A stretch of DNA of 64,000 nucleotides from Cellvibrionales bacterium (lineage in GTDB: Bacteria > Pseudomonadota > Gammaproteobacteria > Pseudomonadales > UBA7239), in the NCBI GenBank assembly GCA_016713115.1, contig JADJPU010000001.1, forward strand, positions 856,642 through 920,641, in the 5' to 3' direction. The notes beneath the pieces were generated by a model. It was not told the DNA's origin. It worked only from the letters and a program-made list of their open reading frames with translations, and did no database searches. Numbering within the stretch: the first letter of the stretch is position 1; each line of letters opens with the position of its first letter. Made by a program: the position numbers and the translations under genes. Shown piece by piece: positions 38,762 to 51,400 of the stretch.

Positions 38762-40042
38762 ATGTCACTGCTGGCCATCAAAGAAAAAACTTTTAATCGT
38801 TGTTTTGTCAGTCTCTTTCTGATCACGATACTGGGCATGGCCGCATTCAATTACAGCGTCAATGCCTTTGGGGTTTTCTCGATGCCGAGCATCAAGGGTT
38901 ACAACGATGTGCGCTTTGTTGAGAATACGCGTATCTATAAAACCTTTTTGATCAAAAACCAGAAAATTGACGGCCTCTTGCTTGGCAGTTCGCGCATTGA
39001 AGAGAGCATGCGCCCGCTGCCCGCCGCATGGCCAAAAATGCAAACCTACAACATGGCCATGCCTGGCGCTTCTATCCATGAAATTCAGCGCAATCTGCAA
39101 CACGCCAACGCCATCACACCACTGAAACAAGTGTTGATCGGCCTCGATTTTTTTATGTTCTCAGCGTTTATGGAATCGGCGGGAGACTTTTCAGAGAGCT
39201 ACTTTTCCGTAGACGAAACCGACAAGAAAAAATCTGATCTCTATGTGTTGCGTACCTACACCAATATTCTGCTGTCTTCCGATGCATTAACAAAAAGTAA
39301 AAAAACTATCAGAGACAGCAAAAAGAGTATTACCCCGTCCCATGAAGACAATGGCATGACTTCGATTGCCGCGCACACGGCCGCAGTAAAAAACAATGCC
39401 GACCTCTACAAAGTGTTCGATTCGTTTGAGAAAAGTTATTTTCGTAAAAACGGATTTTGGCTCAACGGCCCCAATGCCACCTTCACCACCGAAGGCAAAA
39501 ATGGTCACTCCACTTACGATGACTACCGCGCCCTACTCGACACTGTGTACCGCAACAATATTCCCGCCAGTTTTGTAATTCCGCCACTGCACGAATACAT
39601 GTTGTTTGGCTTGGATGGCATCGGTTTATGGCCCGCCTATCTGCAGTGGAAACAAAAAATTACCACTCTCAATGAAGAAGTGGCAGCGCAGTATCAACAA
39701 ACGCCCAGACCGCTGTGGGATTTTGCGGTGGTGAATGCCATGACGCGCGAATGGCTGCCGGAAGATCCGCGCCTAACGACCCCGAAAAATGGCATGCACT
39801 GGTTTTGGGATCCTGCGCATGTCAAACCCAGTTTTGGCGATGAAATGCAGCAGCGCGTCTTTGTTACTCAGCAACAAGACATAGGCACCATGCTCACGCA
39901 ACAAAACATCGCACAACATTTGCAACAACAAACTGCTGCGCTGGCACAAGCCCAGCGGGAAGATGCCGCCGTGCGCGAACACATCAAAAAGAAATTGCAG
40001 TCACTCAATGTGTGGCAGCATATTTCAGCCGATATTCACTGA
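38762..40042 (+). CDS. membrane-anchored DltD/SGNH-like protein, putative partner of the MBOAT
   Basis: 426 aa. N-terminal TM anchor ([17 protein letters not shown]), a Ser motif [10 protein letters not shown] (compare GSSE in DltD), and a C-terminal D-x-x-H block (FWDPAHV). The assignment rests on motifs only. AT-rich. Confidence 0.5.
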   Translation: MSLLAIKEKTFNRCFVSLFLITILGMAAFNYSVNAFGVFSMPSIKGYNDVRFVENTRIYKTFLIKNQKIDGLLLGSSRIEESMRPLPAAWPKMQTYNMAMPGASIHEIQRNLQHANAITPLKQVLIGLDFFMFSAFMESAGDFSESYFSVDETDKKKSDLYVLRTYTNILLSSDALTKSKKTIRDSKKSITPSHEDNGMTSIAAHTAAVKNNADLYKVFDSFEKSYFRKNGFWLNGPNATFTTEGKNGHSTYDDYRALLDTVYRNNIPASFVIPPLHEYMLFGLDGIGLWPAYLQWKQKITTLNEEVAAQYQQTPRPLWDFAVVNAMTREWLPEDPRLTTPKNGMHWFWDPAHVKPSFGDEMQQRVFVTQQQDIGTMLTQQNIAQHLQQQTAALAQAQREDAAVREHIKKKLQSLNVWQHISADIH

Positions 40043-41862
40043 CCGCGCATAAACCATTTATCGAGTTCAGCGAGACTCACTTGTATCCATGTTGGGCGGC
40101 CGTGGTTGCATTGGCCGCTGCGCTCGGTGATTTCCATATCGCGCAACAAGGCATTCATTTCTGGCAGCGTCATACGGCGATTCGCACGCACAGAGCCGTG
40201 ACAGGCCATGGTCGACAGCACTTCGTTCACCGATTCACGAATACGCGTGGTGGTGCCGTGTTGCAGCAAATCTGACAAAATATCGCGCAATAATTGTTCA
40301 CTATTGCCCTGCAGCAACAGCACCGGAATTTGTCGAATCAACAAAGACTCAGGCCCTACACGATCCACTTGTACGCCCAGTTCCGCAAAAAATGCACGCT
40401 GCTCTTCGGCGCAATCAGCTTCGCGCTCACTCACTGAAACCTGCTGTGGCACCAATAATGGCTGACAGGCAATTTTCTGTGCGTCATACGCATTTTTTAA
40501 GCGCTCATAAGTGATGCGCTCGTGTGCAGCGTGCGTATCCACCAACACCAAGCCTTGTGCATTCTCCGCCAAAATATAAATACCTTTTAGCTGCGCGATG
40601 GCATAACCCAACAGCGGCACTTCCTCTGCATTTTCTGTATTGGCTTGCAAAAAATTCGGCGGCGTTTTCAACACACCTGCTGCGGAATCCAACTGTGCAG
40701 CAGGCACAGCTTGCGGCGTATACAAAGCGGCGTACTGCGGCAAACTTTGGCGCACATCGCGCGCGGCATCCAACAATGGCATACGGTTTTGAAATGGCTG
40801 TTGCTGTGCAGTGGATGAAAAATCTGCTGTCGCTGTGCGGTCGCGCAGCTCGCTATCGGGGCGCAATTCTGCCAACGCACGCGCTAGCGAGCGAAACACA
40901 AAATCGTGTATGCGGCGCGAATCGCGAAACCGCACTTCATGTTTGGTCGGATGCACATTGACATCAACAGAGGCAGGGTCAACCGTCAAATACAATACAT
41001 ACGCAGGGTGACGGCTGTGATGCAACACATCTTGAAACGCCAAACGCACGGCATGCGAAATCAACTTGTCGCGGATAGCGCGGCCATTGACATAAAAGTA
41101 TTGCAAATCAGGCTGACTGCGCGAAAACGCTGGCTGCGCCAACCAACCACACAGATGTAAATCGTCGTGCTGCACATCCACACGAAACGCCTGTTGCATA
41201 AACGCAGAACCGCACAGCGTTGCCACCCGCCGTTCTTGCTCAGCCAGTGTCAGCGCCTCGCGCAATTGTTGCACCGTGCGTTGATTGTGTCGCCAGTGAA
41301 ACGCCACATCGAATCGCGAGAGCGCCAATTTTTTTAGCGTCTCATCAATGCGTTGAAATTCTGTTTTCTCACTGCGCAGAAATTTACGACGCGCTGGTGT
41401 ATTAAAAAACAAGTCGCGCACTTCCACGGTCGTGCCACACTGATGTGCCGCCGGCAATACCGCGGCAATCATCTCCTGTCCTTCCGCCTGCGCTTGCCAT
41501 CCAGCGCTGTCGTTTTGTGTATTGGAAGTCAGTGTCAAACGCGATACCGAAGCCATACTCGCCAAGGCTTCGCCGCGAAACCCCAGTGTTGCCACCGCTT
41601 CCAAATCATCCAACTCTATAATTTTGCTGGTGGCATGGCGCGATAACGCCAAGGGCATGTCTTCCTGCTCTATGCCACAACCATCATCACGCACGCGAAT
41701 AATTTTTACACCGCCCTGCTCAACATCCACATCAATGCGTGTTGCACCGGCATCAATACTATTTTCCAGCAGCTCTTTCACTATGGACGCTGGACGCTCC
41801 ACCACTTCGCCAGCAGCAATCTGGTTAGCAAGGCGTTGACTGAGTTGATGAATGCGCGGCAC
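40036..41862 (-). CDS. mutL: DNA mismatch repair endonuclease MutL
   Basis: 608 aa, apparently intact. [37 protein letters not shown].. GHKL ATPase, and C-terminal CNHGRPT motif. Confidence 0.95.
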   Translation of the reverse strand: MPRIHQLSQRLANQIAAGEVVERPASIVKELLENSIDAGATRIDVDVEQGGVKIIRVRDDGCGIEQEDMPLALSRHATSKIIELDDLEAVATLGFRGEALASMASVSRLTLTSNTQNDSAGWQAQAEGQEMIAAVLPAAHQCGTTVEVRDLFFNTPARRKFLRSEKTEFQRIDETLKKLALSRFDVAFHWRHNQRTVQQLREALTLAEQERRVATLCGSAFMQQAFRVDVQHDDLHLCGWLAQPAFSRSQPDLQYFYVNGRAIRDKLISHAVRLAFQDVLHHSRHPAYVLYLTVDPASVDVNVHPTKHEVRFRDSRRIHDFVFRSLARALAELRPDSELRDRTATADFSSTAQQQPFQNRMPLLDAARDVRQSLPQYAALYTPQAVPAAQLDSAAGVLKTPPNFLQANTENAEEVPLLGYAIAQLKGIYILAENAQGLVLVDTHAAHERITYERLKNAYDAQKIACQPLLVPQQVSVSEREADCAEEQRAFFAELGVQVDRVGPESLLIRQIPVLLLQGNSEQLLRDILSDLLQHGTTTRIRESVNEVLSTMACHGSVRANRRMTLPEMNALLRDMEITERSGQCNHGRPTWIQVSLAELDKWFMRGQ

Positions 41863-41893
41863 GGCGGAGAGTCTCTAATTCTTAGCTAAAAAA

Positions 41894-43447
41894 CTATTGG
41901 GGGATTTTCAGTTTCTGGCCAAGCATAACATTTTGGTTGCGTAGTTTATTGGCTTCACTTACCGCACTCGCACTGACTTTGTAGCGCGCAGCGATACCGC
42001 TCAGTGTCTCGCCTTTTTTAACCACATGCGTTACAGATGGCTTTGTTTTTATTGTTGATTCCTTTAGGACGGCAATTTTTTTCTTAGCGACTGTTTTCTT
42101 AATCTCTTTTTTCTCAGCCAGTAGCGCTGCCATTGCATCGGCTTGTGGCTCAAGTTTTTTCTTCGCGCGATTACCCTCGCTGAAAGCTGGCACCGACTTA
42201 GCAGAAACCTGACGCGCAGCCTCACTCTCTTCATTACCAACAGCGTCTAGCAGTGGTGTTTTGTCTATCACGCGCTTTACTTTCCCTCCACGCGCTGCAG
42301 CCAAAGCGGTATCCATGGGGGGCTTGGCGCGAAAGTGACTGTCGACACCGGAAAAAATAGCCTGTGCCATTTGTGAGCGATACGCAGGCGTAGATAATTT
42401 TCGCGCTTCTTCTGCATTGGTGATAAATCCGGTTTCTATCAACAGCGATGGAATGTCAGGATTTTTTAACACGACAAAGCCAGCCTGCTCCACAAAACCG
42501 CGATGCATTTTGGCAATTTTTTTCATTTGTTTTAGAACACTGCTGCCCATATCCAGACTAGTCGCCACGGTAGCTGTCATCGAAAGATCCAATAGCACGC
42601 CTTGCAATACCGGATCTTTGTCTGCCAAATTTACGCCGCCCACCAAGTCAGCATCGTTTTCTGTTTGTGCCAACCAGCGTGCGGTCTCTGATGTGGCACC
42701 ACGCTGGGACAAAGCAAATACACCAGCACCTTGCGCGCTAGGATCTTTGAAAGCATCGGCATGAATTGCCACAAACAAATCAGCGCCTTTGTTGCGCGCA
42801 ATTTGTGTGCGCCCACGCAAACTGACATAGTAATCTCCAGAGCGGGTGAGGATAGCGGAGTACCCAGGTGTGCTGTTAATTTTATTTGCCAGCTCACGCG
42901 CAATCGCCAGCGTCACATCTTTCTCAAAAATTCCCTTTGCACTGCGCGCGCCAGGATCTTCACCACCGTGACCCGCATCCACAGCAATCACAATATCGCG
43001 CATACCATTCGCGGCAGGCTTTACTGTTTTCACTTCACTAACGGCAGTCTCGTCAAACAAATCCAATACCAAACGATCGCCATACTGATTATTTGCAGGC
43101 AGCAAAAAACTTTTAGGCTTTACTTTGGCAGACAAGTCCAACACCAGCTGAATGCCATCTCCCATTTTCTCTGCATGCAATGCAGAGACAGGCGTGTTCT
43201 TTAAATTAATTTTTTTCTCATCAACTGAAAATTGTGCTTTGGGCAAAATTACTACAATTCGCTGTGCATTACCCTGCTCGCCTGGCATGTTCAACAGTTT
43301 ATGCTCGGTAGCGCTGGAGAGATCGAACACTAAGCGCGTGTTATCAGGCGCGCGCCACACGCGCACATTTTCTATATTTGCTGCGCTCACCCAAGCAGAG
43401 CAAATACTCAATAACACAAGCAGCAGAATATTTTTATTGCAGCGCAT
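41894..43447 (-). CDS. amiB: N-acetylmuramoyl-L-alanine amidase (AMIN + Amidase_3 + LysM)
   Basis: 517 aa. Signal peptide, [16 protein letters not shown], and a C-terminal LysM ([19 protein letters not shown]). The tsaE-amiB-mutL order is conserved. Confidence 0.9.
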   Translation of the reverse strand: MRCNKNILLLVLLSICSAWVSAANIENVRVWRAPDNTRLVFDLSSATEHKLLNMPGEQGNAQRIVVILPKAQFSVDEKKINLKNTPVSALHAEKMGDGIQLVLDLSAKVKPKSFLLPANNQYGDRLVLDLFDETAVSEVKTVKPAANGMRDIVIAVDAGHGGEDPGARSAKGIFEKDVTLAIARELANKINSTPGYSAILTRSGDYYVSLRGRTQIARNKGADLFVAIHADAFKDPSAQGAGVFALSQRGATSETARWLAQTENDADLVGGVNLADKDPVLQGVLLDLSMTATVATSLDMGSSVLKQMKKIAKMHRGFVEQAGFVVLKNPDIPSLLIETGFITNAEEARKLSTPAYRSQMAQAIFSGVDSHFRAKPPMDTALAAARGGKVKRVIDKTPLLDAVGNEESEAARQVSAKSVPAFSEGNRAKKKLEPQADAMAALLAEKKEIKKTVAKKKIAVLKESTIKTKPSVTHVVKKGETLSGIAARYKVSASAVSEANKLRNQNVMLGQKLKIPQ

Positions 43448-43907
43448 GTAACCATTCCTGTGCGCGCACCGACACTGCCTGCATGGTCATCACGCGCCCT
43501 GCTTCATTATCTGGTACAAGCGTGATGGACAAATCTGGCGCTGGCAATAAATCGATGGCTTTTTCCGGCCATTCAATCAAGCAAATACTAACTGGTGAAA
43601 AATATTCGCGTATGCCCATCAATTCCAATTCTTCCGGATCATTCACGCGGTAGAGGTCAAAGTGATACAACACACTGCCCGCTAAAGTGTACGGCTCTAC
43701 CAAGGTGTAAGTCGGACTTTTTACCGCGCCTTGGTGTCCCAATGCACGCAGCCAGCCACGCGACAGTGTAGTTTTTCCCGCGCCTAATGTGCCGTGCAAC
43801 CAAATCACTGCACTCGGCTTGCACACAGCAGCTAACTTTGCACCTGCATGCAAAGTAGCTTGCTCATCGGGCAAATGCCACTGTATTTCTTTTTGAGACA
43901 ACTGCAT
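43434..43907 (-). CDS. tsaE: tRNA t6A37 biosynthesis ATPase TsaE
   Basis: 157 aa. Walker [14 protein letters not shown]; [10 protein letters not shown]; HFDLYR. Confidence 0.9.
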   Translation of the reverse strand: MQLSQKEIQWHLPDEQATLHAGAKLAAVCKPSAVIWLHGTLGAGKTTLSRGWLRALGHQGAVKSPTYTLVEPYTLAGSVLYHFDLYRVNDPEELELMGIREYFSPVSICLIEWPEKAIDLLPAPDLSITLVPDNEAGRVMTMQAVSVRAQEWLHALQ

Positions 43908-43931
43908 TATTAGGCAACGATACCGGCACTC

Positions 43932-44444
43932 TCAACGCGTACGCACATAATCACTGTACGCCTGCTCCAGCACACTGATATCAGGCAACAACACCGTTTC
44001 TCCCATGGAAGTATTCATGGCCGCCATTTCAGCAGCACCCAATTCCATATCGGTTACTTCGGAGAGATCTTGCGGCAAGATGCGTAACAACCGCGGAATG
44101 CCTTGCAACACAATCGCGATAAACGGAATGCTTTCATCCAACCCCGTGTTGTTCAGCACCGCGATACGGCGCACACCACTGTAATGCTCTGGCGTTTGTT
44201 GATTGAGCATTTCAAATGACAGTAAAGGCACAGCCATTTGCCGCCACTGGATGTATCCCAAAAACCATGCGGGCGCATTTTCTGGACACTCGGGATAACT
44301 GAAATTCACAATTTCTGCCACCGACACACCGGGCAGCAATAACTGTTTATCCTGCACAGGCAACAACATGCTAGGAATATCGCGCACGGCCTGTGCATTA
44401 GCTGTTTGTGTATTGCTCGTTTCCGTCTCTGTCGCATTCATCAT
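43932..44444 (-). CDS. chpC: CheW-like coupling protein of the Pil-Chp system
   Basis: 170 aa with a single CheW-like domain. Lies after the chpB homologue. Confidence 0.8.
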   Translation of the reverse strand: MMNATETETSNTQTANAQAVRDIPSMLLPVQDKQLLLPGVSVAEIVNFSYPECPENAPAWFLGYIQWRQMAVPLLSFEMLNQQTPEHYSGVRRIAVLNNTGLDESIPFIAIVLQGIPRLLRILPQDLSEVTDMELGAAEMAAMNTSMGETVLLPDISVLEQAYSDYVRTR

Positions 44445-44474
44445 TTCAGTACCTGTTTTTCTATTTTGTGTTTT

Positions 44475-45434
44475 TTATCTTTGTAATTGTCTTCTGTCGG
44501 TTTGCACCCAAGTGGCTAAGCGCGCGGCTAACTGTGCCGGTGTTCCAGAAAAATCTGCTTTACCTAATGCGCGTTCTGTCGCTTCTGGCATCGCCCAATT
44601 CACACAACTGTCTCGACTTTGTGTCCACACTTGACCGCCGCAGCGTTTCATCAATCGACTGGCTGCCGCCGCGTCATCGCACATGCCACTGAATACTATC
44701 ACGCCACCTGTGCGCCCAAAATGCATCGCTGTGGAAGCAACCACCTGATCTAAATTAGGCTGATACTGCCCCACCCAGCCGTTATTGCGCACATGGAAAC
44801 TGCCGTTGCGCGTGACATTGGTGGTGTGCTCAGGAGAAATCACCGCTACGGAATTTTCGCGCAGTAAATCACCGTGGCGCACGGCGAACGCTTCGTAATG
44901 GCTGTTGCGCCCCATCACTTGCGTAAGTAAGCCTTGAAAATCACGCTCAATATGATTGGCATAAATAAATGCTACGCCGATATCAGGTGGCACGGCATCT
45001 AAAAACTGCTTCACTGCATCAGGGCCACCAATGGAACCCGCCAGCACCCACACACGGCGCGGCAGGCGCGGTGCATCTTGTCGCGTGCGATTAATCAGCC
45101 CTGTCAAACCGTTCAATTTTTCATTGAGACGACGCTGCCAATTGGCAAACTCTGGGCTGACATGATTGGGTATTTTGCCTTCGCACAAAATCATCGGCAC
45201 ACGGATACTGTCCAATAACACATCCAGCGGCTCTGGATGTTCTGCCTCCAAGGCTTCTACATCCAGATTGATAATCCACGCGTCTACACCGGCATCCGCC
45301 ACACGGCCCGCGCTGCGTGAAAACTCCAGCGCTACAGCGATTTCCTGCCCTGCGGACGACACAGCCGCCCGCAAGGTAGGCACCTGCGCAGGGTCATCGA
45401 CTATCACACCAATACGCAGGACATTCATCGGCAA
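44475..45434 (-). CDS. chpB: CheB-like methylesterase of the Pil-Chp system
   Basis: 319 aa. N-terminal receiver-like region plus a CheB methylesterase domain (VWVLAGSIGGPDAV.., GVIVFSGMCDDAAA). The start lies 2 nt after the chpA stop. Confidence 0.8.
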   Translation of the reverse strand: MPMNVLRIGVIVDDPAQVPTLRAAVSSAGQEIAVALEFSRSAGRVADAGVDAWIINLDVEALEAEHPEPLDVLLDSIRVPMILCEGKIPNHVSPEFANWQRRLNEKLNGLTGLINRTRQDAPRLPRRVWVLAGSIGGPDAVKQFLDAVPPDIGVAFIYANHIERDFQGLLTQVMGRNSHYEAFAVRHGDLLRENSVAVISPEHTTNVTRNGSFHVRNNGWVGQYQPNLDQVVASTAMHFGRTGGVIVFSGMCDDAAAASRLMKRCGGQVWTQSRDSCVNWAMPEATERALGKADFSGTPAQLAARLATWVQTDRRQLQR

Positions 45435-45436
45435 TC

Positions 45437-48400
45437 TCAGCTACCGTCGCGCTCGTAACGCGCCATGCGATTTGCCAAGCGTTCTCCCACCAAATCATTG
45501 ATGTTCAGCAGCAGCTCCTCTTCAACATAGGGCTTGCCCATGTAGCGCTCCACGCCCATCGCCACGGCGCGTTCACGGTGCTTCTCACCGGTGCGCGAGG
45601 TGATCATGATGATCGGGATATCTTGCATGCGGTGGCTGTTTTTCATCGTACTCGCCACTTCAAAGCCGTCCATGCGCGGCATTTCGATATCCAACAGCAG
45701 CACATCGGGCAGACGATCCTGCATTTGCAGCAGCGCGTCAGCACCATCTTTTGCCAACATCACATTGAACCCTTCCCGCTCCAGTAAACGCGAAGTTACT
45801 TTGCGCACCGTCACCGAGTCGTCGCACACCATCACCGTGATGTTTTCTTCCATCGTCGGTGCAACGCTCTGTGCAGAGCTAGTAGAAGCGCCTTCATGCG
45901 CCAAATTGGCACGCACGAGAGCGAGCAGATCGAGAATCACTACCACGCTGCCGTCACCGAGTAGTGTTGCGCCCGACAAACCCGGCACAGCGGCAAACTG
46001 CGGCCCCAAAGCTTTTACAACAATCTCACGGCTACCAATCAACTGATCCACATGCAGCGCAACAGTGTGTTCTGCGCTGCGCACCAAAATCACCGGCTCT
46101 GGCAGCGTCGAAGTTTCAACATTCGCATGCATTTTTGTGCGCAACATGGCACCGAGATAGCGCACTTCGTATTGACGACCCGCGTACTCGAAACGCGCCG
46201 TTGGATCTTCGTAATAACTTTCCAATTCGTAAGGGCTGACGCGCACCAAACCTTCGATAGATGTTAATGGAATCGCAAAAGTATCTTCACCCACGCGCAC
46301 CATCAAAGCGCGGTTCACCGACACCGTGAACGGCAAGCGCACAATAAACTCTGTGCCTTTACCCACAGCGGACTGAATGGTCATCGAGCCACCCATGGCT
46401 TTGATTTCGCTGTGCACCACATCCATGCCGACACCACGACCGGAAATTTGCGTCACTTTTTCTGCTGTACTAAAACCGGCTTGCAAAATAAATTGCAGCG
46501 CTTCGTTGTCAGTGATCGGTGAATCAGGCGTCAGCAAACCGCGTTCAATTGCTTTTTTGCGCACGGCATCCACATTGATACCGCCGCCGTCATCGCGCAG
46601 TGAAATCAAAATATCGCCGCCGTCGCGCCCCAAACTCAAAACAATGCGGCCTTGTTTTGATTTACCTGCTGCCAAGCGTTTTTCTGGCGTTTCCACACCG
46701 TGGTCACAAGCGTTACGCAACATGTGTTCCAACGGCGCGACCATGCGTTCCAGCATGGTTCTATCCAACTCGCCCTGCACATTTTCCAAATCAAATGCGA
46801 TATCTTTTTTCAACTCGCCCGCTACTTGGCGCACGATACGGCGCAAGCGCGGCTCCAAACGCGAAAACGGTACCATGCGCGAACGCATCAAGCCTTCTTG
46901 CAAACCTGTATTAATACGCGCCTGCTGCACCAACAGCGTTTCTGTGTCACGCAATTTATTGGTTAAAGAGCTGCGAATGTCCAACAAATCCGATGCCGAT
47001 TCCGTCAGAGAACTGGTCAACTGTTGCACAGTGGAGTAACGATCCATTTCCAGCGGATCAAAATCATCGCTGCGTTCTTGAATTTCTGTCATGCGCGATT
47101 GAATTTGCGCGTCCGTCTCTGCTTCCAAACGACGCAACTGATCTTGTAAACGGGTTATTGTCGCGTCCATCTCCTCAGCAGTGCGCTCAATATCAATCAT
47201 CTGCTGTTCAACACGCGCACGACTGATGGAGGTTTCACCTGCGAGGTTAACCAAGTTTTCCAACAAGTCGGCGGATACTTTCACCATTTCCTGCTGTGCT
47301 TGCGCGGCTTTTGCATCAACAGCAGCATGTGTAGCTTTTCTGCCGGCAATGGCGTCTTCCAAACCGCGCGGCAATTGACCACCGCGGAAAGGAATAATCG
47401 TCGCGGATTGCGGCGCTGGCGTGTCTGTTGGTTTTTTGGCAGCAGGCTGTGGCGACACTGCGGTTTTTTCAGCGACGACAGGAGCAACAGGCGCAATCGC
47501 TACCGACTCACCGGCCACGATGCGTTTCACTTGCGCCACGCCTTTCAACATTTTTTCGTAGTAATCGTTGATGGTAGCAAACAAAGCATCATCAGCCACA
47601 CCTGAGAACTGCTCTAGCTGCGTTTCTAAATCGTGCGCTAATTCACCGAGCGCCATAATGCCTGTCATGCGCGCACCACCTTTGAAGGTGTGCAAAATAC
47701 GCTTCAAAGAATCGCAGAACGATTTATCTTCTGGCGCATTGCGCCACGCATCAATTTGCGTTTCTAAATCTTCGACCAGTTCGCTCGCCTCTTCCAAGAA
47801 CAGCGCAAACATTTCTGGATCTGCATCTTCACTGATACCGAGATCCATCACCTCTATCGCAGACGCAGCCACTTCTTCAATAATTTCTTGTGCGATAGGT
47901 TCTTCTTCAACCACCGCCGCAACAACCGGCTCTTCCACAACAGGCGCAGGAACAGGAGCAACAAGAGGAACAACAGCTGCCTGTGGTCGCTCACCAGCCG
48001 CTAACATACGGCCTTGCTTTACACCGGTGAGGATTGCGTCTTGGCATTGCAGAATTTGCGCAAACAAAGCGTGATCCGCTGCGCCGCTGAATGTTTCTAA
48101 TTGTGTTTCCAAATCGTGTGCAAGTGAGCCAAGGCCCGTCAGCCCCGCCATACGCGCACCGCCTTTCAAGGTGTGCAAATTTCTGCGCAGTGCGTCGGCA
48201 AAACTGCTGTCTTCCGGCGCAGCCTGCCAATCACCAATTAACTGCTCCAACTCTTCCGTCAGTTCGTCGGCCTCTTCCAAGAAAATACCCAGCAACTCTT
48301 CATCGATATCATCGCTGTATTCCAATATATCAGCGCCTGCTATTGCCACAGGCTCCTTAGTATCAATTGCAACTTCTTCTACAACAGATATTTCTGGAAC

Positions 48401-51400
48401 CGACGCTTCTATTGTCGATGCTTCTTCAACAGGCAACACTTCATCAATAGCAATAGGTTCGATAACAATTTCTTCAATATTTTCTTCAGCGCTTGCAACA
48501 ACATGCTCATCAATAACGGGCGCAGAAACGAATGCAGGCTCCGCATCGCCAGCCAACGCAGCAAAGTTAACCGTTGCAGTCTCACCATTGCGCCACGCTC
48601 TCACCATCGCCACACCGCGGAATAACCGGTCTTGGCACTCATTCAGCAGCGCGAACAACGACGCATCCGCATCGCCAGTAAAAAACTCCAGTTGCGTTTC
48701 TAGATCGTGCGCCCAAGTACCGAGCAGCATCAAACCACACATGCGTGCGCCGCCTTTGAATGTATGCAGCGAACGGCGCACCGCATCAGCCATGCTCGTT
48801 TGTGGATCTTCGCTCCACTGATGAATCTCTTCATCCAACTGCTCAAGAATTTCATCCGCTTCTTCGAGGAAAATGTCGAGCAAGTCAGCGTCCAACTCGG
48901 CCAACACTGCCGCGTCATCTGTCACCGTAGACGCAGGCTCAGAAATCGCAGCATCCACAACAAGCTCTTCTTCAGCAGAAGTTTCTGCTACAACATCTTC
49001 AACGCTCGCCTCTACATACTCTGCCGCCACAACTTCTGTGTCTACAAATTCTGTTGCGCAGAATTGCGCGATGTTGTCTTCCATTGCTGTGTCTTGCGCT
49101 AAATCTTCACTGGCGGCAAGACGATCCATAAAATCAATCAAATGATTGTGCGCTTCAATTGCCAATGTTTCCCATGCAGCAAAAGCACTATTGCTTTGTA
49201 TTGCGTGCGCATAAGCCGGCGCAATTGCCCGCGCCAAAGAAGCAATTGGCGCGAGACCCGCTTCATCAGCACCCGCGGCCATTTCTGCCAATTCAAACAA
49301 AATGCGATCCAAGCCGCTGTGATCTTGTTGCGCGCGCCACTGCGCCAAACGCGGCGCCACATCCATCAACGCGTCCATATCCGTCAACAAGAAATTGTTA
49401 AAGCGTGTTGGGTCTACTGTGGCAGAAATCGGGGCTTCCGATTTCGCAGTGGCTTCGACTTCACCGCCGCCCGTTAATACAGCGCGCAGGGCATCGGTGC
49501 GCGCCAACAAACTAGCACAGTGTGGCAATACCACTTTCTTGTGTTGGTCAATTAACTGTAATCCGTAGCGAATCTCATCCACCACTTCTGACAACAGCGA
49601 GCTGAATTCTTCACCCACCGCGATTTGATACGCACGCAGTTCTTTCACCAATTTTTCAAATGGCGTAGCCAATTCCGCAATCGGCGTAACTTCCGCCATA
49701 TGCGCGCTACCTTTCAGCGTGTGCAAAGCGCGTTGCAGTGGATCAGAAGTTTCTACTGGCAACGGCGCGCGTTCACGCGCATACGCCAACCATTCATCGG
49801 CGACTTGTAAATGCGTTTCCGCTTCGCTGGCAAAAATCTCCCACAAGACAGGATCAAAATCAGCATCCATGTCTTCCATTTCTACAACCGGCTTGAAGCC
49901 AATATCTGGCTCGGCTGTTGATATGTCCGCCATCTCTTCTGGCACAGACATTTCGACAACAGCTTCTTCAAATGCAGCTGCAACAGGAGCTTGTTGTATT
50001 TCTTGCACATCAGGTAGAGCGGGCCATTCCACTTCTTCTGCAGTTAATTCATCAACAACCAATGCATCTTCTGCCGCAAAGAATTCTTCAGCCGGTGCGA
50101 TTTCATCAACAACAATTTCTTCAGCTGCAGACTCCAATACTGGCACAGCGTCTGAAACATCAGGCGCTGCCAGCGACGGCAAGGGCTGGCCGTTAGCAAT
50201 TGCAGATGCGGCTTTACTCAAGCGCTCAGACAACGCCGGCTGCGGATCCACTTTTAATTGGCTAAACGCCTCAATCATGGAAGGAATTTTTTCTACAACC
50301 GCATCAATAACTGTGCAGAGATCTTTGCTTGGCTGAATCGTTCCGTCGATGATTCTGTTCAACATGTTCTCAACAGACCACGACAGCTCACCCAACTCAA
50401 TGGCCTTGGCCATACGACCACTGCCCTTCAAAGTATGAAAGGCGCGGCGGAATTCTGTCAGCGAAGCGTTGTCACTAAAGTCTTCGCGCCATTTTGGGTA
50501 GTACTCATGTATCGCCTCTAAAACTTCACCGGCTTCTTCAATGAAAATTTCTGCAATTTCTTCGTCGTAATCTTCGATCACCAAGGGCGCGTCGATAGAT
50601 TCCGGCTTTACGCTGGCATCACCAACTGGTGCCGCGACGGAGGCAGCAGCAACGGAAGCAGCAGCGGAGGCAGTAACAACAGGAGCGGCGACAACCGGCA
50701 CGGGCTCCTCCGTCAACAACTCCACGGTTTCCAACATAGGAATATCTGCTTCTACAGCAGACTCAACAGATCCTTCCATCATCTCCTGTGTTAATTCGCT
50801 TTCCGCTGCATCGACCTCTGTGACAATCGTTTCAGCCAACATTGGCACTTCTACAGGAGCCTCTGTATCTAATGGCTCGATGACCGGCGCTTCATCCAAG
50901 TACGCTTGTGGCGCACGGTGATATACAGCAACGGCGTAACCCAAGGTCGCGACACTGCTCTCGGCTACAGCCAAAGTTTCATCTTGTTCTTCAATAACAT
51001 CTTCGTCCAAACATTCAAGGTAGTACTCAATACTGGCAATTGCATCCGCTAGCGCATCCATTGCCGAAAACTCAGGCTTATTCTGGCTTCCAATTAACTT
51101 TTCTCGAATATAGCGATCACAGGCACCTAAAATACGCGCGGCACGACGCTGACCAACAATTTCCAAGCCGCCACGCACGGACTGCAATAATTCAGGTAAC
51201 GCCTGTAAATGCGCACCGTCCCATTGCGAGCCGATGTAATCCACAATCGCTTCTTTTATTTGCTCCAAGCCGTTGCTGCATTCATGCAACACAGTGTCAT
51301 GCGCAGACACAACTGCGCTCTGCATATTCAATGGCGCGCCATCAACAGCCGCTTGCGCACCACTGTTAAAACGCGCATTGAGATTAATTTCAACTTCAAC

